Shown: piece after piece, positions 1-18,652 of the stretch
How the letters are laid out: the number at the start of each line of letters is the position of its first letter
Numbering within the stretch: position 1 is the first letter of the stretch
DNA from: the human T2T-CHM13v2.0 reference genome, Homo sapiens
DNA: 64,000 nt
NCBI RefSeq assembly: GCF_009914755.1
Contig: NC_060944.1
Reading direction: 5' to 3' (one strand)
Notes under the pieces: model-generated
What the model was told of the DNA's origin: nothing
Databases searched by the model: none
The model's input: the letters and a program-made list of their open reading frames with translations, nothing else
Made by a program: the position numbers and the translations under genes

Positions 1-256
1 GACATATAAAGCTATTATTTGTGAAAGGCAGGAATAAATGTAAAAAACTCTAGGAAATAACTTGGATGCTTTCTTTTTCCTTGTGCTTGTATACTTACAT
101 CCAACAATTCCATGTCTTGTATCTGAAGGAAAGACTCCTAGATACAGAGTAGACTTTGTGCCAAAAAAAAAAATAGTAAAGGAACTACTATAATAGAGGA
201 TCAAATAACAATCCGAATGTTTAATATAGGAAAATAAATAAGTAACCTGAGAAATG

Positions 257-592
257 CAGTTGACCCTCAGTATTCATGGAAGATTGGTTCCAGGACCTCC
301 CTCAGATACCAGAATTCTTAGATACTCAAGTTACTAATATAAAATTACATAATATTTGCATGTAACCTTGGCACATCCTCCTATATACTTTAAATCATCT
401 CTAGATTAGTTATAATACCTAATATAATGTAAGTACCATGTAAATAATTGTCATACTGTATGGTTTAGGGAATAATGACAAGAAAACAAGTCTGTACATG
501 TACAGTACAGATGCATATTTTTTTCAAATATTTTCAGTCCAAGATTGGTTGAATTTATAGATGTGGAACCCACCGATACGGAGGGCCAACAG
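257..592 (+). mobile_element. MER2 (Tigger-type MITE)
   Basis: TIR-like ends CAGTTGACCCTCAGTAT...GATACGGAGGGCCAACAG; internal MER2 hallmarks GATTGGTTCCAGGACC and TACTTTAAATCATCTCTAGATTA. Confidence 0.8.
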
Positions 593-835
593 TATTCACA
601 AAAAGTATGTAACATAATAAAATAGATAAGTCCTTATGTAAAAATGTTACATGAAAAAAAGTCAAAATAGAAACGTTTCTAAATATTCCCTGCAAAAATA
701 AAGAACTATATGGAAAAAAACAAAATATCAATATTTGTTGTACTTGGGTACACATTTAAAAATTTTCTTTATCGAGTACCACTTACTTTTATTATTGAAA
801 TAATTACTAAAATAGCAGGGGGATCACATGACATC

Positions 836-1521
<686 letters not shown>

Positions 1522-1976
1522 ATAATTTATATTTTGTAGTAAACTTTAAAAACTTGTATTAAATGCTGCTTTTCATATAGGTATCCGTATTCTGTCTCAT
1601 CTACAGAGAATGTCTGTAGAGATTGCTAAAATACATACAAAACTGAGAATATTCAGAATTATTTTTCGTTCCAAGATCAAAAGATATCATTAAGCCTGGA
1701 CAACATAGTGTGAGACCCTGTCTTTACAAAAAATAAAAAATTAGTTGGGCGTGGTGGCATGCACCTGTAGCCTCAGCTACTCAGGAGGCTGAGGTGGGAG
1801 GGTCACTTGAGCCCAGGAGGTCGAAGCTGCAGTGAGCCAGGGTCACATCACTTTACTCCAGGCTGGGTAACAGAGCAACACCCTGACTCTTAAAAAAAAA
1901 AAAGGTATCATTAATCTCCCTTCTCAATTGATGAGGAATTATTTGGAGCCTATTTTTCCTACAAAGTTGAGAATGA

Positions 1977-2246
<270 letters not shown>

Positions 2247-2569
2247 TGATATTATTAATTAATTAATTTCTTTTTGTTTTTAAATTGGAGAAAAGGCATA
2301 CACATTTAATGTGCACACAAGGAGAATTATTGTCCTTAACTATGGTTTTTGTTTTCTTCTCTTATTTATTAAGTTAGGTTTTTAATGACATTTGTAACCA
2401 CAGTTTGGGCTTAGAAAGCACCATGGCTTTTATTCTAGTAAATCCCTGGAGTATTTGTATATTTATTAATTTTAATCATATTTGCTGTTAAGTATGGGCC
2501 AGGTGCAGTGGCTTATACCTGTAATCCCAGCACTTTGGGATGCTGAGGTGGGCAGATCACCTGAGGTCA

Positions 2570-2821
<252 letters not shown>

Positions 2822-2901
2822 TCAGGTGGTTATTTTAAATCACTGTAAATTATTACCTTCGAAGTTAGGCAAAACTAGTTTTTTCTCCTCAGTAAATATT
2901 T

Positions 2902-2957
2902 TATACATACTGCTGTTCTTTCAGAGTTATATACATACTGCTGTTCTTTCAGAGTTA
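2902..2957 (+). repeat. Perfect 28-bp tandem duplication (TATACATACTGCTGTTCTTTCAGAGTTA x2)
   Basis: Read directly. Confidence 0.95.
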
Positions 2958-3484
2958 GTGTTTAGAGCTAAGGTTGTACTTTGATGAAATAACATGGCCC
3001 AGGGAACTTTACGCTGTGTCTGTGGATCCCTAGGATGGCTGTGGATAGCTTTCAGTCCATTTCTTTCTCAGTGGGGTTCATGCCCTGAGAAAGGGAATGG
3101 CTCCTCTGAATTATTTGCATCTTTATGGCAAAAAATCCTTTAATGAAGATGATGGTGATATTTATATTCAGTGATGCTTTTTCTTCTATTGTATGATCTC
3201 TACCTTCTTAAATTGGTTATTGATTTGGTTTCCTAATGGCCAACCATTAGAAATGATTTCTGATGTCGTGAAAAGATATAAATTGTGTTTCAGGATTCCT
3301 TCAGTAACTTAGGAAGTGTTAGTTTTCTAATACTCCTAAGTATTTTATAACTTTAAACTTTTTTCAGCATGTTAACACCCAGTCTGCTAGCCACTTGCAC
3401 GCAAGTGCTAGGCTGTCAGTAATAGTCCTAGACTGAGAGCCGGATGACCAGCTGCTCTTCCCACTGGAACCTTTGGTATCAGTA

Positions 3485-4098
<614 letters not shown>

Positions 4099-5298
4099 TA
4101 CTAAGGATGAAGCTTTCTTTGCCTTAAGCTCATCTCCTTATCGACATTTCTTTTGCAACCCCTGATCCTGTTCATTCACTTGTTTATTGAGCACCTTCTT
4201 GTGCAAGTGAGGGGTTCTAAGGATAAAGACAGTGACATTGCTCTCACCTTCCCAAAGTCCTGAGCGTGCTGAACGCGAGTGTTCTTATGAACTTCTGGAC
4301 CCTGGTGAGCTCGTGGGCATTTCCCATAGGCCAACAGTCAATCACAGCATTTAGACCTGGAAAACGGTAACTGCTACTTTGAGAAGGAGTGAGCAGGCTA
4401 CAGAAGGAGGCATCTGATGAGAATCCTCTGCCTGGAGCCATATTAATGGCTCTGTTAAGACACATTGCACACTTGCTGTAGCCTCTTTCTCCATTTTTCC
4501 TCTCCATTGTCTTCTTGTTCTCCTAAATAACATGTGAAAGCACTTCACTTTATTTATAAAGGTATATGAATCAGTTAATGAATGTTTCTTGATTTCCTGT
4601 GTATACAAGATATTTTCTAGACCAGTTGTGGATGAGTATAAAAGAAGGAAGGGTGATAAAATGTGTAGCGTAGTCAGGGAGACAGATCGTCTGCTTTCCA
4701 CAGTTTAGCATATGGCTTCTCCTCACTGCCTCATCAACACTCATACTTTGATTCTTACAGCTTTTGTCTCCTTTGCCAAGGGTACCCCAATTCAGGGCCC
4801 AGGGGGAGCAGGGGATGGGGGTGAGACAATTGCACGCAAGTCTGTATGACTACTGCTCACCAGAGGAGTGTAATATGTGTGCCGTTAGGAAAGGAGATGG
4901 GGGAGTGGAGTCTGTGTGGGCAGCCAACAAATCCCTTTCCTTACCAGATGTGCGGAGATGAGAGGCTAGACTGAGTGATAACAGTGGAAGTGGAAAAGGA
5001 GGGAGTCCACCGCTCCTTGGGATGAGTAATCCATGGGCTTTGTTAACTAGTTGATATAGAAGAGAGGAGGCATGAGTGACGCCTGACATTCCTGGGGGAA
5101 TGCGCAGGCGGGGGCATTTTCCTCCTGCTTCTCCTCCTGCCGGTAGCTCTGCTTTGCTCTCCCTCTGAAGCTTGTCATTTTTGATATTAGACTTCTTCAC
5201 TAGAAACAAGCTCTGGGTGGCGATGGTAGAATGTCAGTGTCAGTGAAGGCTGTTATTACAGTTTCCACAATAGTTTTGGTTGGTTTGTTTCTGTGTAG

Positions 5299-5496
<198 letters not shown>

Positions 5497-5609
5497 TGAT
5501 AGATTGTTATTGCTATACATCTAAACAGGATGGTTAATATTTTATGTGATGACATAAATTGACACACAGGTAATCTTCCAAATATGACTTCTTTTTAAAT
5601 GAGTGGTCA

Positions 5610-5914
<305 letters not shown>

Positions 5915-6011
5915 TCAAAATGTGCTTATGTAAAGGGATTGCCAAGATAAAATACATATTTTATGTTTTAGGATCCTTAAATGGAGAGCCAGTGGGCTTA
6001 AGCTAAAGAAA

Positions 6012-6071
6012 TAGATTACTGTGCAGTAAAACAATTCTAATTAGATTACTGTGCAGTAAAACAATTCTAAT
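6012..6071 (+). repeat. Perfect 30-bp tandem duplication (TAGATTACTGTGCAGTAAAACAATTCTAAT x2)
   Basis: Read directly. Confidence 0.95.
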
Positions 6072-6145
6072 TTAACCAAACAAATGTTGTAAAAACTTAT
6101 CTTTTTTCTGTTACATTAATATTAATGTCACTTTTTAATCTTTAA

Positions 6146-6286
<141 letters not shown>

Positions 6287-6919
6287 TAAACTTGTTTTAA
6301 AATTCTACAAATTGGATCTCTTTTGGCCTGGAGACAGAATAACTGCGTAAGTTGGGTATTTTGCTGGGGAGTGGCGGGGAGGGAAACAAGTTGAATAACA
6401 TTGCTGGGCCGGAGGTTGAGGGGGCTCCCTGGGTGTGTCCCCTTCCACAATATACAGCAGAACATACCAGGTTCAGGCCAGGGGACAGAGCACTGTACTG
6501 TGGCCTCCATGGTGGTGTCCTCCGTCACACAGCCTCATGGCCCCTAGTCCTCTCCCCACCAAGAATACAGGGCAACTTGTCACCATCGGTTTTGCCGCCT
6601 CCTCACTTTCCAGCCTAATTCCTTCCCTTTTCTTCCCCCAACCCCGCCTGATTACTACTTTATCTAACTGCTCCCAGCATTTATGTCTCTCTCAGATGAG
6701 TCTTTCCTTTCATTCTGTTTTCTTAAAACATTTTTAAATTAAATTTTTTTGAGATATTGTAAATTTACATATAGTTGTAAGAAATAATACAGAGAGATCA
6801 CCTGTATCTTTTACCCATTTTCCCTTAGTGTTAACATCTTGCAAAAACTATAATACAGTATCACAACCGGGATATTGAGATTTTTAAGGTCAAGATGTGC
6901 AGCATTTCCATCACCACAC

Positions 6920-7333
6920 TTATGCACTTTATTTCTATTATTGTTACATTGTAATATATAATGAAATAATTGTACAACTCACCATAATGTAGAATCAGTG
7001 GGAGCCCTGAGCTTGTTTTCCTGCAACTAGATGGTCCCAGCTGGGGGTGACGGGAGACGGTGACAGATCATCAGGCATTAGATTCTCATGAGGAGCATGC
7101 AACCTAGATCCCTCACATGCGTTGTTCACAATAGGGTTTGCACTCCTATTAGAATCTAATACTGCTACTGATCTGATGGGAGGTGGAGCTCAGGTGGTAA
7201 TGCACGTGATGGGGGAGCAGCTGTAAATACAAATGAAGCTTCACTTACTTACCTGCCACTCACCTGGTGTGTGGCCTGGTTCCTAACAGGCCAAGGACCG
7301 GTACTATCCGTGGCCTGCAGTTGGGGACCCCTG
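6920..7333 (-). mobile_element. MER1A (hAT-Charlie MITE), one end missing
   Basis: Ends in TTGGGGACCCCTG (reverse complement of the CAGGGGTCCCCAA terminus); internal GCATTAGATTCTCAT...GAATCTAAT inverted motif. Confidence 0.8.
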
Positions 7334-7472
7334 ATTTAAAGTGTATGGGAGGGTATGCATAGGTTATATGCAAATGCTACACCATTTTGTATTAGGGACT
7401 TGAGCATTTGTGGATTTGGGGATCCACAGGAGGTCCTAAAACCATTCCCCCACAGATACTGAGGGATGACTG
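7334..7472 (-). mobile_element. MER2 fragment
   Basis: Same sequence family as 3960-4098; ends GAGGGATGACTG|TA. Confidence 0.75.
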
Positions 7473-7799
7473 TATATAGAAATACAATTGACTTTGGTAT
7501 GTTTATCTTGTATTCTGTGACCTTCCTGAGTCGCTTACTACTCTTAGGAGTTTTTTTGTAAATTTCTCAGAAATTTCTACTTAGACAATCATGTCATCTG
7601 CAAGCCGGGGACAGTTTTATTTCTTCCTTTTCAATCTGAATAACTTTTACTTTATTTTCTCAAAGAATCAGCTCTTCATTTCATTGACTTTATTATCTTT
7701 TTATTTTCAATTTCATTGATTGCTGCTCTAGTCATTGTTATTTCCTCTCTCCTGTTTGCAGTAGGTTTTTAAAAACTCTTGGCTGGGTGCGGTGGCTCA

Positions 7800-8081
<282 letters not shown>

Positions 8082-11000
8082 TTATTATAGACAGCTTATA
8101 GTTGGGTCATGGTTTTTAATGCACTCTGCTGAGCTCTCTTACTTGGTATATTTAGACCATTTATATATAATGTAATTAATGATATGTTAGGGCTTAAGTG
8201 TGCCATTTTATTTTTTGTTTTCTGCTTTTCTTTTTTCATCTTACGTACTTTTTTCCTGCCTTCCCATGAGTTATTTGAACATGTTTTAGGATTCCCTTCT
8301 GACTTGTTTGTAATGTTTTTGAGTGTATCTCCTTATTTAGCTTTTTAAGTGGTTGCTCCTAAGTGCCCTAGGTTTTTTTATTTTAATTGAGATGAGGTCT
8401 TGCTATGTTGCCTAGGCTGGTCCTAAACTCCTGAGGTCAAGCGATCCTCCCACCTCAGCCTCCCAAAGTGCTGGGATTATAGGCATGAGCCACCACACCT
8501 GGCCAGGCCCTAGGTATTACATCATATATGCATAACTTATCACAGTCTACTGGTGTTCAAGCGAAGTCTAGAGACCTTACCTCCCTTTTCAACACTTTAC
8601 TCTCCTCCATCGGTAATATAATTATGTTAAATATTTCCTCTGCATACATTTAGTATCACATCAGACAGTGTTATAATTTTTGTTTCAAGCATCAAACATA
8701 ATTGATAAGTCTTAAAAGAAAAACCTATTATATTTCTCTACATGGTTGCTTTTATTGTTTTCTTTCTTTTTAGAGATCTTTTAGCCATTCTTTTTTTCTT
8801 TTTTCTTTTCTTTTTTTTTTTTTTTTTGTTTTTTTGAGATGGAGTTTTGCACTTGTTGCCCAGGCTGGAGTGCAATGGTGTGATCTCAGCTCACCGCAAC
8901 CTCCGCCTCCAGGTTCAAGCAATTCTCCTGCCTCAGCCTCCCGAGTAGCTGGGATTACAGGCATGCACCACCACGCCTGACTAATTTTGTATTTTTAGTA
9001 GAGACAGGGTTTCTCCATGTTGGTCAGGCTGGTCTCGAACTCCTGACCTCAGGTGATCCGCCCGCCTCAGCCTCTGAAAGTGCTGGGATTACAGGCATGA
9101 GCCACCGCGCCTGGCCTACTTTTAACCATTCTTTTAGCATAGGTCTTCTGGTGATAGATTTTTAGTTTTCTTTTATTTGAGAATGTCTTGACGTCCCTTT
9201 CATTTCTGAAGAATATTTTCTCTGCATATAGGATTCTGACTAACAGCCCTTTTCTTTAAGCAGTTGAAAAATATTGTGCTGCTTCCTCTGGCCTTTATGG
9301 TTTCTTATGAAAAGTTCACTGTCAGTCTCATTGTTTTCCCCTGTAGAGAAGGTGTCATTTTCCTCTGGCTGCTTCCAGTAGTCTTTTTCTGTTGTTAGTT
9401 TTCAGGGTGGATGGGCAGGGGCAGAGAAGAAAGTGTAATTATGACATGTCTTGGCATGGATTTCTGTGGGTTTATCCTGTTTTGATTTACTCAGCTTTTT
9501 GCTTCTGTAGGTTTCTATCTCTTGCCAAATAGGAAAGTTTTCAGTCCTTATTTCTTTGAATGCCTTTTCACCTGCTCTCTTTTCTTTCTTTCTTGACATC
9601 CAGTGACATGAATGTTAGATCTTTTGCAGTACCCCAGGTACTACATTTCCATGTATTTTCTTTCTTTTGTTCATTTGGGTAACTTCTATTGTTTTGTCTT
9701 CCAATGTATTGATTCTTTTTTCTGTTCTCTTTCTGCATTGAACCTATGCACTGCGCTTTTTGTTTGTCACTGTATTTTTCAGTTACAAAATTTCCTTTTG
9801 GTTCTCCGTGACTTCCACTTCTTTCCTGGGACCTTGTTGTTTCTTTGCTGAGGCTTCCTATTTTTTCATTTGTTTCAAGTGTGTTTGTAATTGCTCATGA
9901 AGCATTTTTATCGTGGCTGTTTTAAAATCTTTGTCAGGTGATTCTAACATTGTTGTCAACTTAGTGTTAACACCTGTCACTTGTCTTTTTTAATTCAGGT
10001 GGAGGTCTTGGTAATCACTTTGTGTAAGTGATTTTTTTATTGAAACTTGGACACTTGAGTGTTTGTATGAGACCCTGGATCTTATTTAAACCTGCTACTT
10101 TTCGCTGATTTTTTCTTACACTACTCTGACAGGGAAGGTGGTTGGGGGGGGGGGTGTCGGGGGCACTGGTGGGCTCCATTACTGCCAGGTGGAGAAGTCC
10201 AGGTTTTCCACTGGCTTCTGTTGACACCTCGGGGTGTCTAGTGATTTCTTGTTACTGCTTAGTGGGAATGAGAGTTCCAGCTCCCCCATAGCCTCCAGTG
10301 AGACCGCTGTGGAGATGGCCTTGTTACACTTGGGTGATGGTGAAAGTCCTGACCCTCCTCCAGGCCTCTGAGGCCACCCCAGTAGGCAGGCGGAGGGACA
10401 TATATTTTGCCAGGTTGCGGTGGAAGTCCAGGCTCCCCAAATGGCCTCTACTGACACCACAGGGGTAGGAAAATTTTTTTACTTGGCCATTGGGGATGAA
10501 CTTCCTGGTTCCATACTTAGCCTTCTCTGGCACCATCTTGGTGGGAGTATTAGGGTGCCTTGTTACTGCCTTGTGAGGGTAGAAATTGTAGCTGCCCACC
10601 CAGCCTTTGCTGGTTCAGGTGGGTCAGGGCCACAGTTTTTCCTCTCATTTTTGCCCGGAGTACAGTGGTTATTATCTAAGATTGTTCTGTCTTGCTAGGC
10701 TGCTTTAGTCCTTTGGCTAGAGAAAGTGGGTGTTTTTTGTTGTTTTGTTTTGTTTGAGTCTGTGCTCAATGACAATTTGCCAGCTTCCTCAGCTCCAAAT
10801 TCAGAGTATATGAGGCATAAGAAAGCCCAAGGAACTCACTGCTGTGCATCCTTGGGTCCCAAGGTCTTTAGTTTTTCTGTCTTCTCTCCACCTTTAAAAG
10901 TCTTCTTATGTTTGGTTTACATAAGATGCCCGAAGTTTTCAGTTGTACTTAGTGGGAGGAATAGAGAAAAGTATATATTCTATTCCTTCCTCGAAATCCT

Positions 11001-11162
11001 CTGAAAACATTTTGATCATGCTTACACTTTTCTAATTATAACAGTATGGTTTCATTTTAGAAAATTTGAATATGTTTTAAAAAATAAGAAAATTTAAATT
11101 ACCTAGAATCATTATTTAAAGAGTTAACTATTTCCAGCTTTTTTCTACGTAAAGTGTATTAT

Positions 11163-11193
<31 letters not shown>

Positions 11194-11684
11194 TTTTAAT
11201 TTCTTTACAAAATTGGAATCTTACTACAAATTGAGGTTTCTATTCAATTTTTCCCATAACATTAATAAAATTATAAGCTTTTTCTGATATTTGAAATATC
11301 CATCTGTTCAGTGGAGATACCAGTTCACTCGTTTGTGGGTACACCATTATCCAGCTTCTGTGGTAAGCAGAGCACTTAAGAGGAAAGGCAGGCATATGGG
11401 CCTCCGTGAGCTCACAGTGGTGGGGAGCTAGACCCTGGGTACTTCATCAGGACTATGGAGAAGAGGGTAAAGTAAAACGCCTGATGCTCAAAACTAGCAG
11501 GCGGTGGTGGCCTGATCTCGGCGTACCAGGAAAGGATTTTGTGAGGAAATTGTGCTTTAGTCAAAAGAAGTTGTTCGTGAGGCAGAGGATGGGGTGATGG
11601 GAGTACTCGTAGCAGAGGGGACAACACCTGTGAATGTTCTGAGGGAAGGTGCTTGACAGCTCATGAATTCTAATCAGCTTCTAA

Positions 11685-11810
<126 letters not shown>

Positions 11811-12490
11811 GCTGAGGATACAACCAGGAAATGCAACGGTGTCAGATTGTGTTCAAAATGTCTAGAAAGGCTTGATAACATTCCTGTTACTTTTCTAGCA
11901 GATTTTAACAAATAATCAAGGACATTTTATATGTAACTCTTTAGATTATAATTTATTTGTATTCCTGTCTTTGTCCTTTTTCTTGCACTATAAAATTATA
12001 AGGTCATAAATGTTTTGGTACTTGTAGATGTTTATGTGCTTTTTGTATCCTAACTTTTAGAATCTAAATAAAATCAGAGGTAATGTATTTTGGCAGCTTG
12101 TTTAGGTGAGAATCTTAATGATCATAAAGGAAATAAATCTAGATGCAGAAAGTACTGGCTAAAATATTGCTAATACAAATGTGATTTCCTGAGGTCTCTG
12201 TGTGAGTGTGTATGTGTTTTAAGTGACTTCCTTAAGAGGTGTTTCCTGAACCTAATTCTCATAATTAAAGTAATGTATATGCAGGATCAAAATGAAACAA
12301 ATATACCTTATCCTAAAGAGCTCATAACAAATAAGTTACCTCCACTCTATAAACTCAGACCTACTTTTTGAAGATAACTGCTTTTAACCTCTCCTTACAA
12401 GATTTTTGTTGTTGATGTATTTAATTTTAGCCCATGTCTCAATTCTCATTTTCAAAGAATCAATATATTAATATACCTTTGGTCATTTTT
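11811..12490 (+). other. SEC23B: SEC23B 3' UTR with candidate polyadenylation signals
   Basis: AU-rich non-repeat sequence; AATAAA at 12067 and 12132, ATTAAA at 12264; the true 3' end cannot be fixed from sequence. Confidence 0.65.
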
Positions 12491-12541
12491 GTATTTTTAT
12501 TTTTATATTATCAAGATTGGTAAAATGTATATTCTGGGTCA

Positions 12542-12970
<429 letters not shown>

Positions 12971-13467
12971 CTAGGGTGCTAGTGTCCCAGTCAGTCCCTA
13001 TGTCACTTGTAGGAAAACATTCCAAAGGACAGAATCAGAGTTACTTTCTTACATTCCATCATGCCGCATGTTGGTTTGATCCCTATTTGGATTATGATTT
13101 CTTAGATTTGCTGTGGTTTTCCCCAGAATTTCTAAATTTTGTTTGCTTTCTGAGAGAAGAAATATTTTGCTTTCTATTTACTAAGAAATTCTAGCCTATT
13201 CTACTGAATGAAGTCCATTTTTTTCTTCTTTGGAGGCCACTGATGTCCCCTTTTAAGGGGGGCCAATAACTTTGACCTACTGCACAACTGTCATCCAGGA
13301 ATTTCTTCTGTTTGGAATCTCGGGTTAGTTCCACTCTTCCCTTTATTCCATAAGGCATTTTGCAATCTCAAATGACTTTTACTAAAAGGAGTACTTGGGG
13401 AGAACTCACTGCATCTTAGCATATCTGCAAATCTATTCTGTCTTCACACTTTATAGCTTTGCCAGGT

Positions 13468-14192
<725 letters not shown>

Positions 14193-14360
14193 CTGGGTCT
14201 AAAAAGTATAGGCCCAAGATAATCTCAGAACTTTGGAGTCATTCTTTCATTCGTTCAACAAATAACTATCCGGTACTTGTTGTCTATGGAGTAGTCTTCT
14301 AGGCATTGGGAATACTGCCAATAAAACAAAAATTCCTGTTTTCATAGAGCTTATGTGTTA

Positions 14361-14723
<363 letters not shown>

Positions 14724-15047
14724 TTAGAAGGTAATGAGTGCTATGTAGGAAAATGAAGCTGGAAGCTCCTATTAATTGGATGTTGGAACAGCTGGATTGA
14801 TTGCAATACTCTGTTTTGAATTTGTATTCGAATACAAGTTATTGTATTTCTTTTTGTCTCTGCCCTACATTCTAGCAGAATTCTAGCAGAGTTTCCTATC
14901 TTAAAATGTTGAACATTGGCCAGGTGCGGTGGCTCACACCTGTAATCCTAGCACTTTGGGAGGCTGAGGTGGGCAGATCACTTGAGGTCAGGAGTTCAAA
15001 ACCAGCCTGGCCAACATGGTGAAACCCCATCTCTACTAAAAATATTA

Positions 15048-15194
<147 letters not shown>

Positions 15195-16129
15195 TCATCT
15201 CAAAAAAAAAAAAAAAAAAAAAAGTTGAACATTTACATTTTTCTGTGCGTTTTCCAAGAATATTTTTAGTTTTGGATATAATTTTTAACACATCATATAG
15301 AAGAATACATAAAGTTGTCTGTACAGATTAAGGCCAAAACATCCTCTTTGGCTTTTCTGTTTCAAATTAACAGAAAAAAGACTGTGTGATAGACCCAGCT
15401 AACTCTGCGGTTCTCTCTAGTGTCAGTGAGTTAAGGAGCTGAGGGAACTGCATGGTATGACATGGCCATGCAGGTCCCACCTTAGGGTACCAGTGACGTT
15501 CTTCCACAGAATGTAGGGGGTGGCAGGGTGATAGTGCTGTGTGGAAAACAGCTATCATGAGAAGGGGCCACTGAGCCCAGTATGCCCAGTGAGGACTCTG
15601 AACTCCATCTTTTTATTAATTGTTAATTTTTGTGGGTATTGAACTCCATCTTGAAGGTAGGGCAAGCCTCTGACTTATCTTAGGCAGAGGGTGAAATGAT
15701 AATTTAAGGTTTGAAAGACACTCCAGAGGGGGAAGGATGAGAGGAGACTGTAATCCAAGTGAGAAATGAGGCCTAAACAGAGACAGGGTATTTAGACAGA
15801 GGTGACAGAGGATGTCAGGTGAGATGATTCCAAGTTCCTGGCTTGGGCAATTTCTCAATCACTCTCTGAATCAGGGAAGAGAAAGGGAAGGTTTGTTTCC
15901 TGTTGGGAGTGGCATTGATAAATTCAATTCGGAACATTTTTTTAGTTTCAGGAGCTTGTGGAATATGCAGCCGAGGATGCATAGCAGGTTGGCAGTAACA
16001 TGAATTTGCTTTCAGAGAATCTGGAGTAGATTTGAGAGTTATTAACATATAACATAGGTATCATGAGTAAGGCTGATGAGAAGGATGAGAAGAGACGCAA
16101 GCTTGAAACAATACCAATTTTTCTGTTTT

Positions 16130-17640
<1,511 letters not shown>

Positions 17641-18289
17641 AGTTTTTTATCTATTTCTGTAGGGCAGAACATCAGTTTTTAAAGGGTGGGCAAGGTGAAA
17701 AGAACCCTGAAGGATACCAGGGAAAATGATGTTTCTGAAGCCATGAAAGGTGCAGGTGGGGTCAGTGGTGGCAAATGCTTTCGAAACCAAGTTTGAGTGT
17801 GGCTGAAAAGTACTTAACGTTAATTTACCGGGCCTACCTTGTGCCAAGCACATCACACTTGCTCTTAAGTTGTTCAGTCTATTGAGGGCATCTTGCTTTA
17901 AAAAATGTATGCATAAGACAAAAGCTGGAGGTGGTCGGAGTCGAAGGAGATTTTTTGTTTTTGAGACATGGGCACGTTTGTATGAAGGATAAACGTCAAT
18001 AATGAAGATGGGGGAGGACTTAGGGTGTCAATGAGGGGAAAGGCCACTGAGGCTGGAAAAAATAGTACCCAGAGCCTAGTGGAGGGATTAGCTTTGGCCT
18101 GGAAGTATTTAAAGTTCACCCAGAGTTCCGGAAAGAAAAATGGAGGAAAAGAAGAGTTGCGGGGAGAGACAAGCGGTATCCCTGCAAATCTGAAAACTGG
18201 AAGAGGAATTGGAAGTAACCTTTTCGGATACCGTCTGGAGCCCACGAAGGCATTACAATTTTGCAAGTGAGAAGCTTCTCCTCTAAGTT

Positions 18290-18534
18290 GTCATTTAGTC
18301 CTCGTCACGTGGTAAAAAGTATCGCACGCCCACAGTTCTACACCCGAAAGTCCGGACAACTGAGCGACTTTCCGGGCCAGAGGCCCCAAGGTGCATCGGG
18401 GCAGAGCCGGAAGCGGACGCTGAAAACTGGCGGCTCCTTAATGGTTCCGGCGGCAGGGACCGCAGCGACGCCCTCACCGGAAGTCCCGCCTCTGCCGTGG
18501 GCCTGCGAGAATCGAGGCACTCGCTGGCGTACCC
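18290..18534 (+). promoter_or_regulatory. SMIM26: SMIM26 CpG-rich TATA-less promoter / 5' UTR
   Basis: High CpG density ~18300-18720; E-box CACGTG 18306-18311; ETS-type CCGGAAG 18407-18413 and ACCGGAAGT 18476-18484 followed by CCCGCC. Confidence 0.8.
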
Positions 18535-18652
18535 ATGTATCGAAATGAGTTCACGGCCTGGTACCGGCGGATGTCGGTGGTCTACGGGATCGGCACCTGG
18601 TCTGTGTTGGGCTCACTGCTTTACTATAGCCGGACAATGGCGAAGTCGTCAG
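18535..18652 (+). CDS. SMIM26: SMIM26 exon 1 (MYRNEFTAWYRRMSVVYGIGTWSVLGSLLYYSRTMAKSS + G); small integral membrane protein 26, formerly LINC00493
   Basis: ATG at 18535; hydrophobic segment VVYGIGTWSVLGSLLYY; donor CAG|GTAGGG at 18653, phase 1. Confidence 0.93.
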
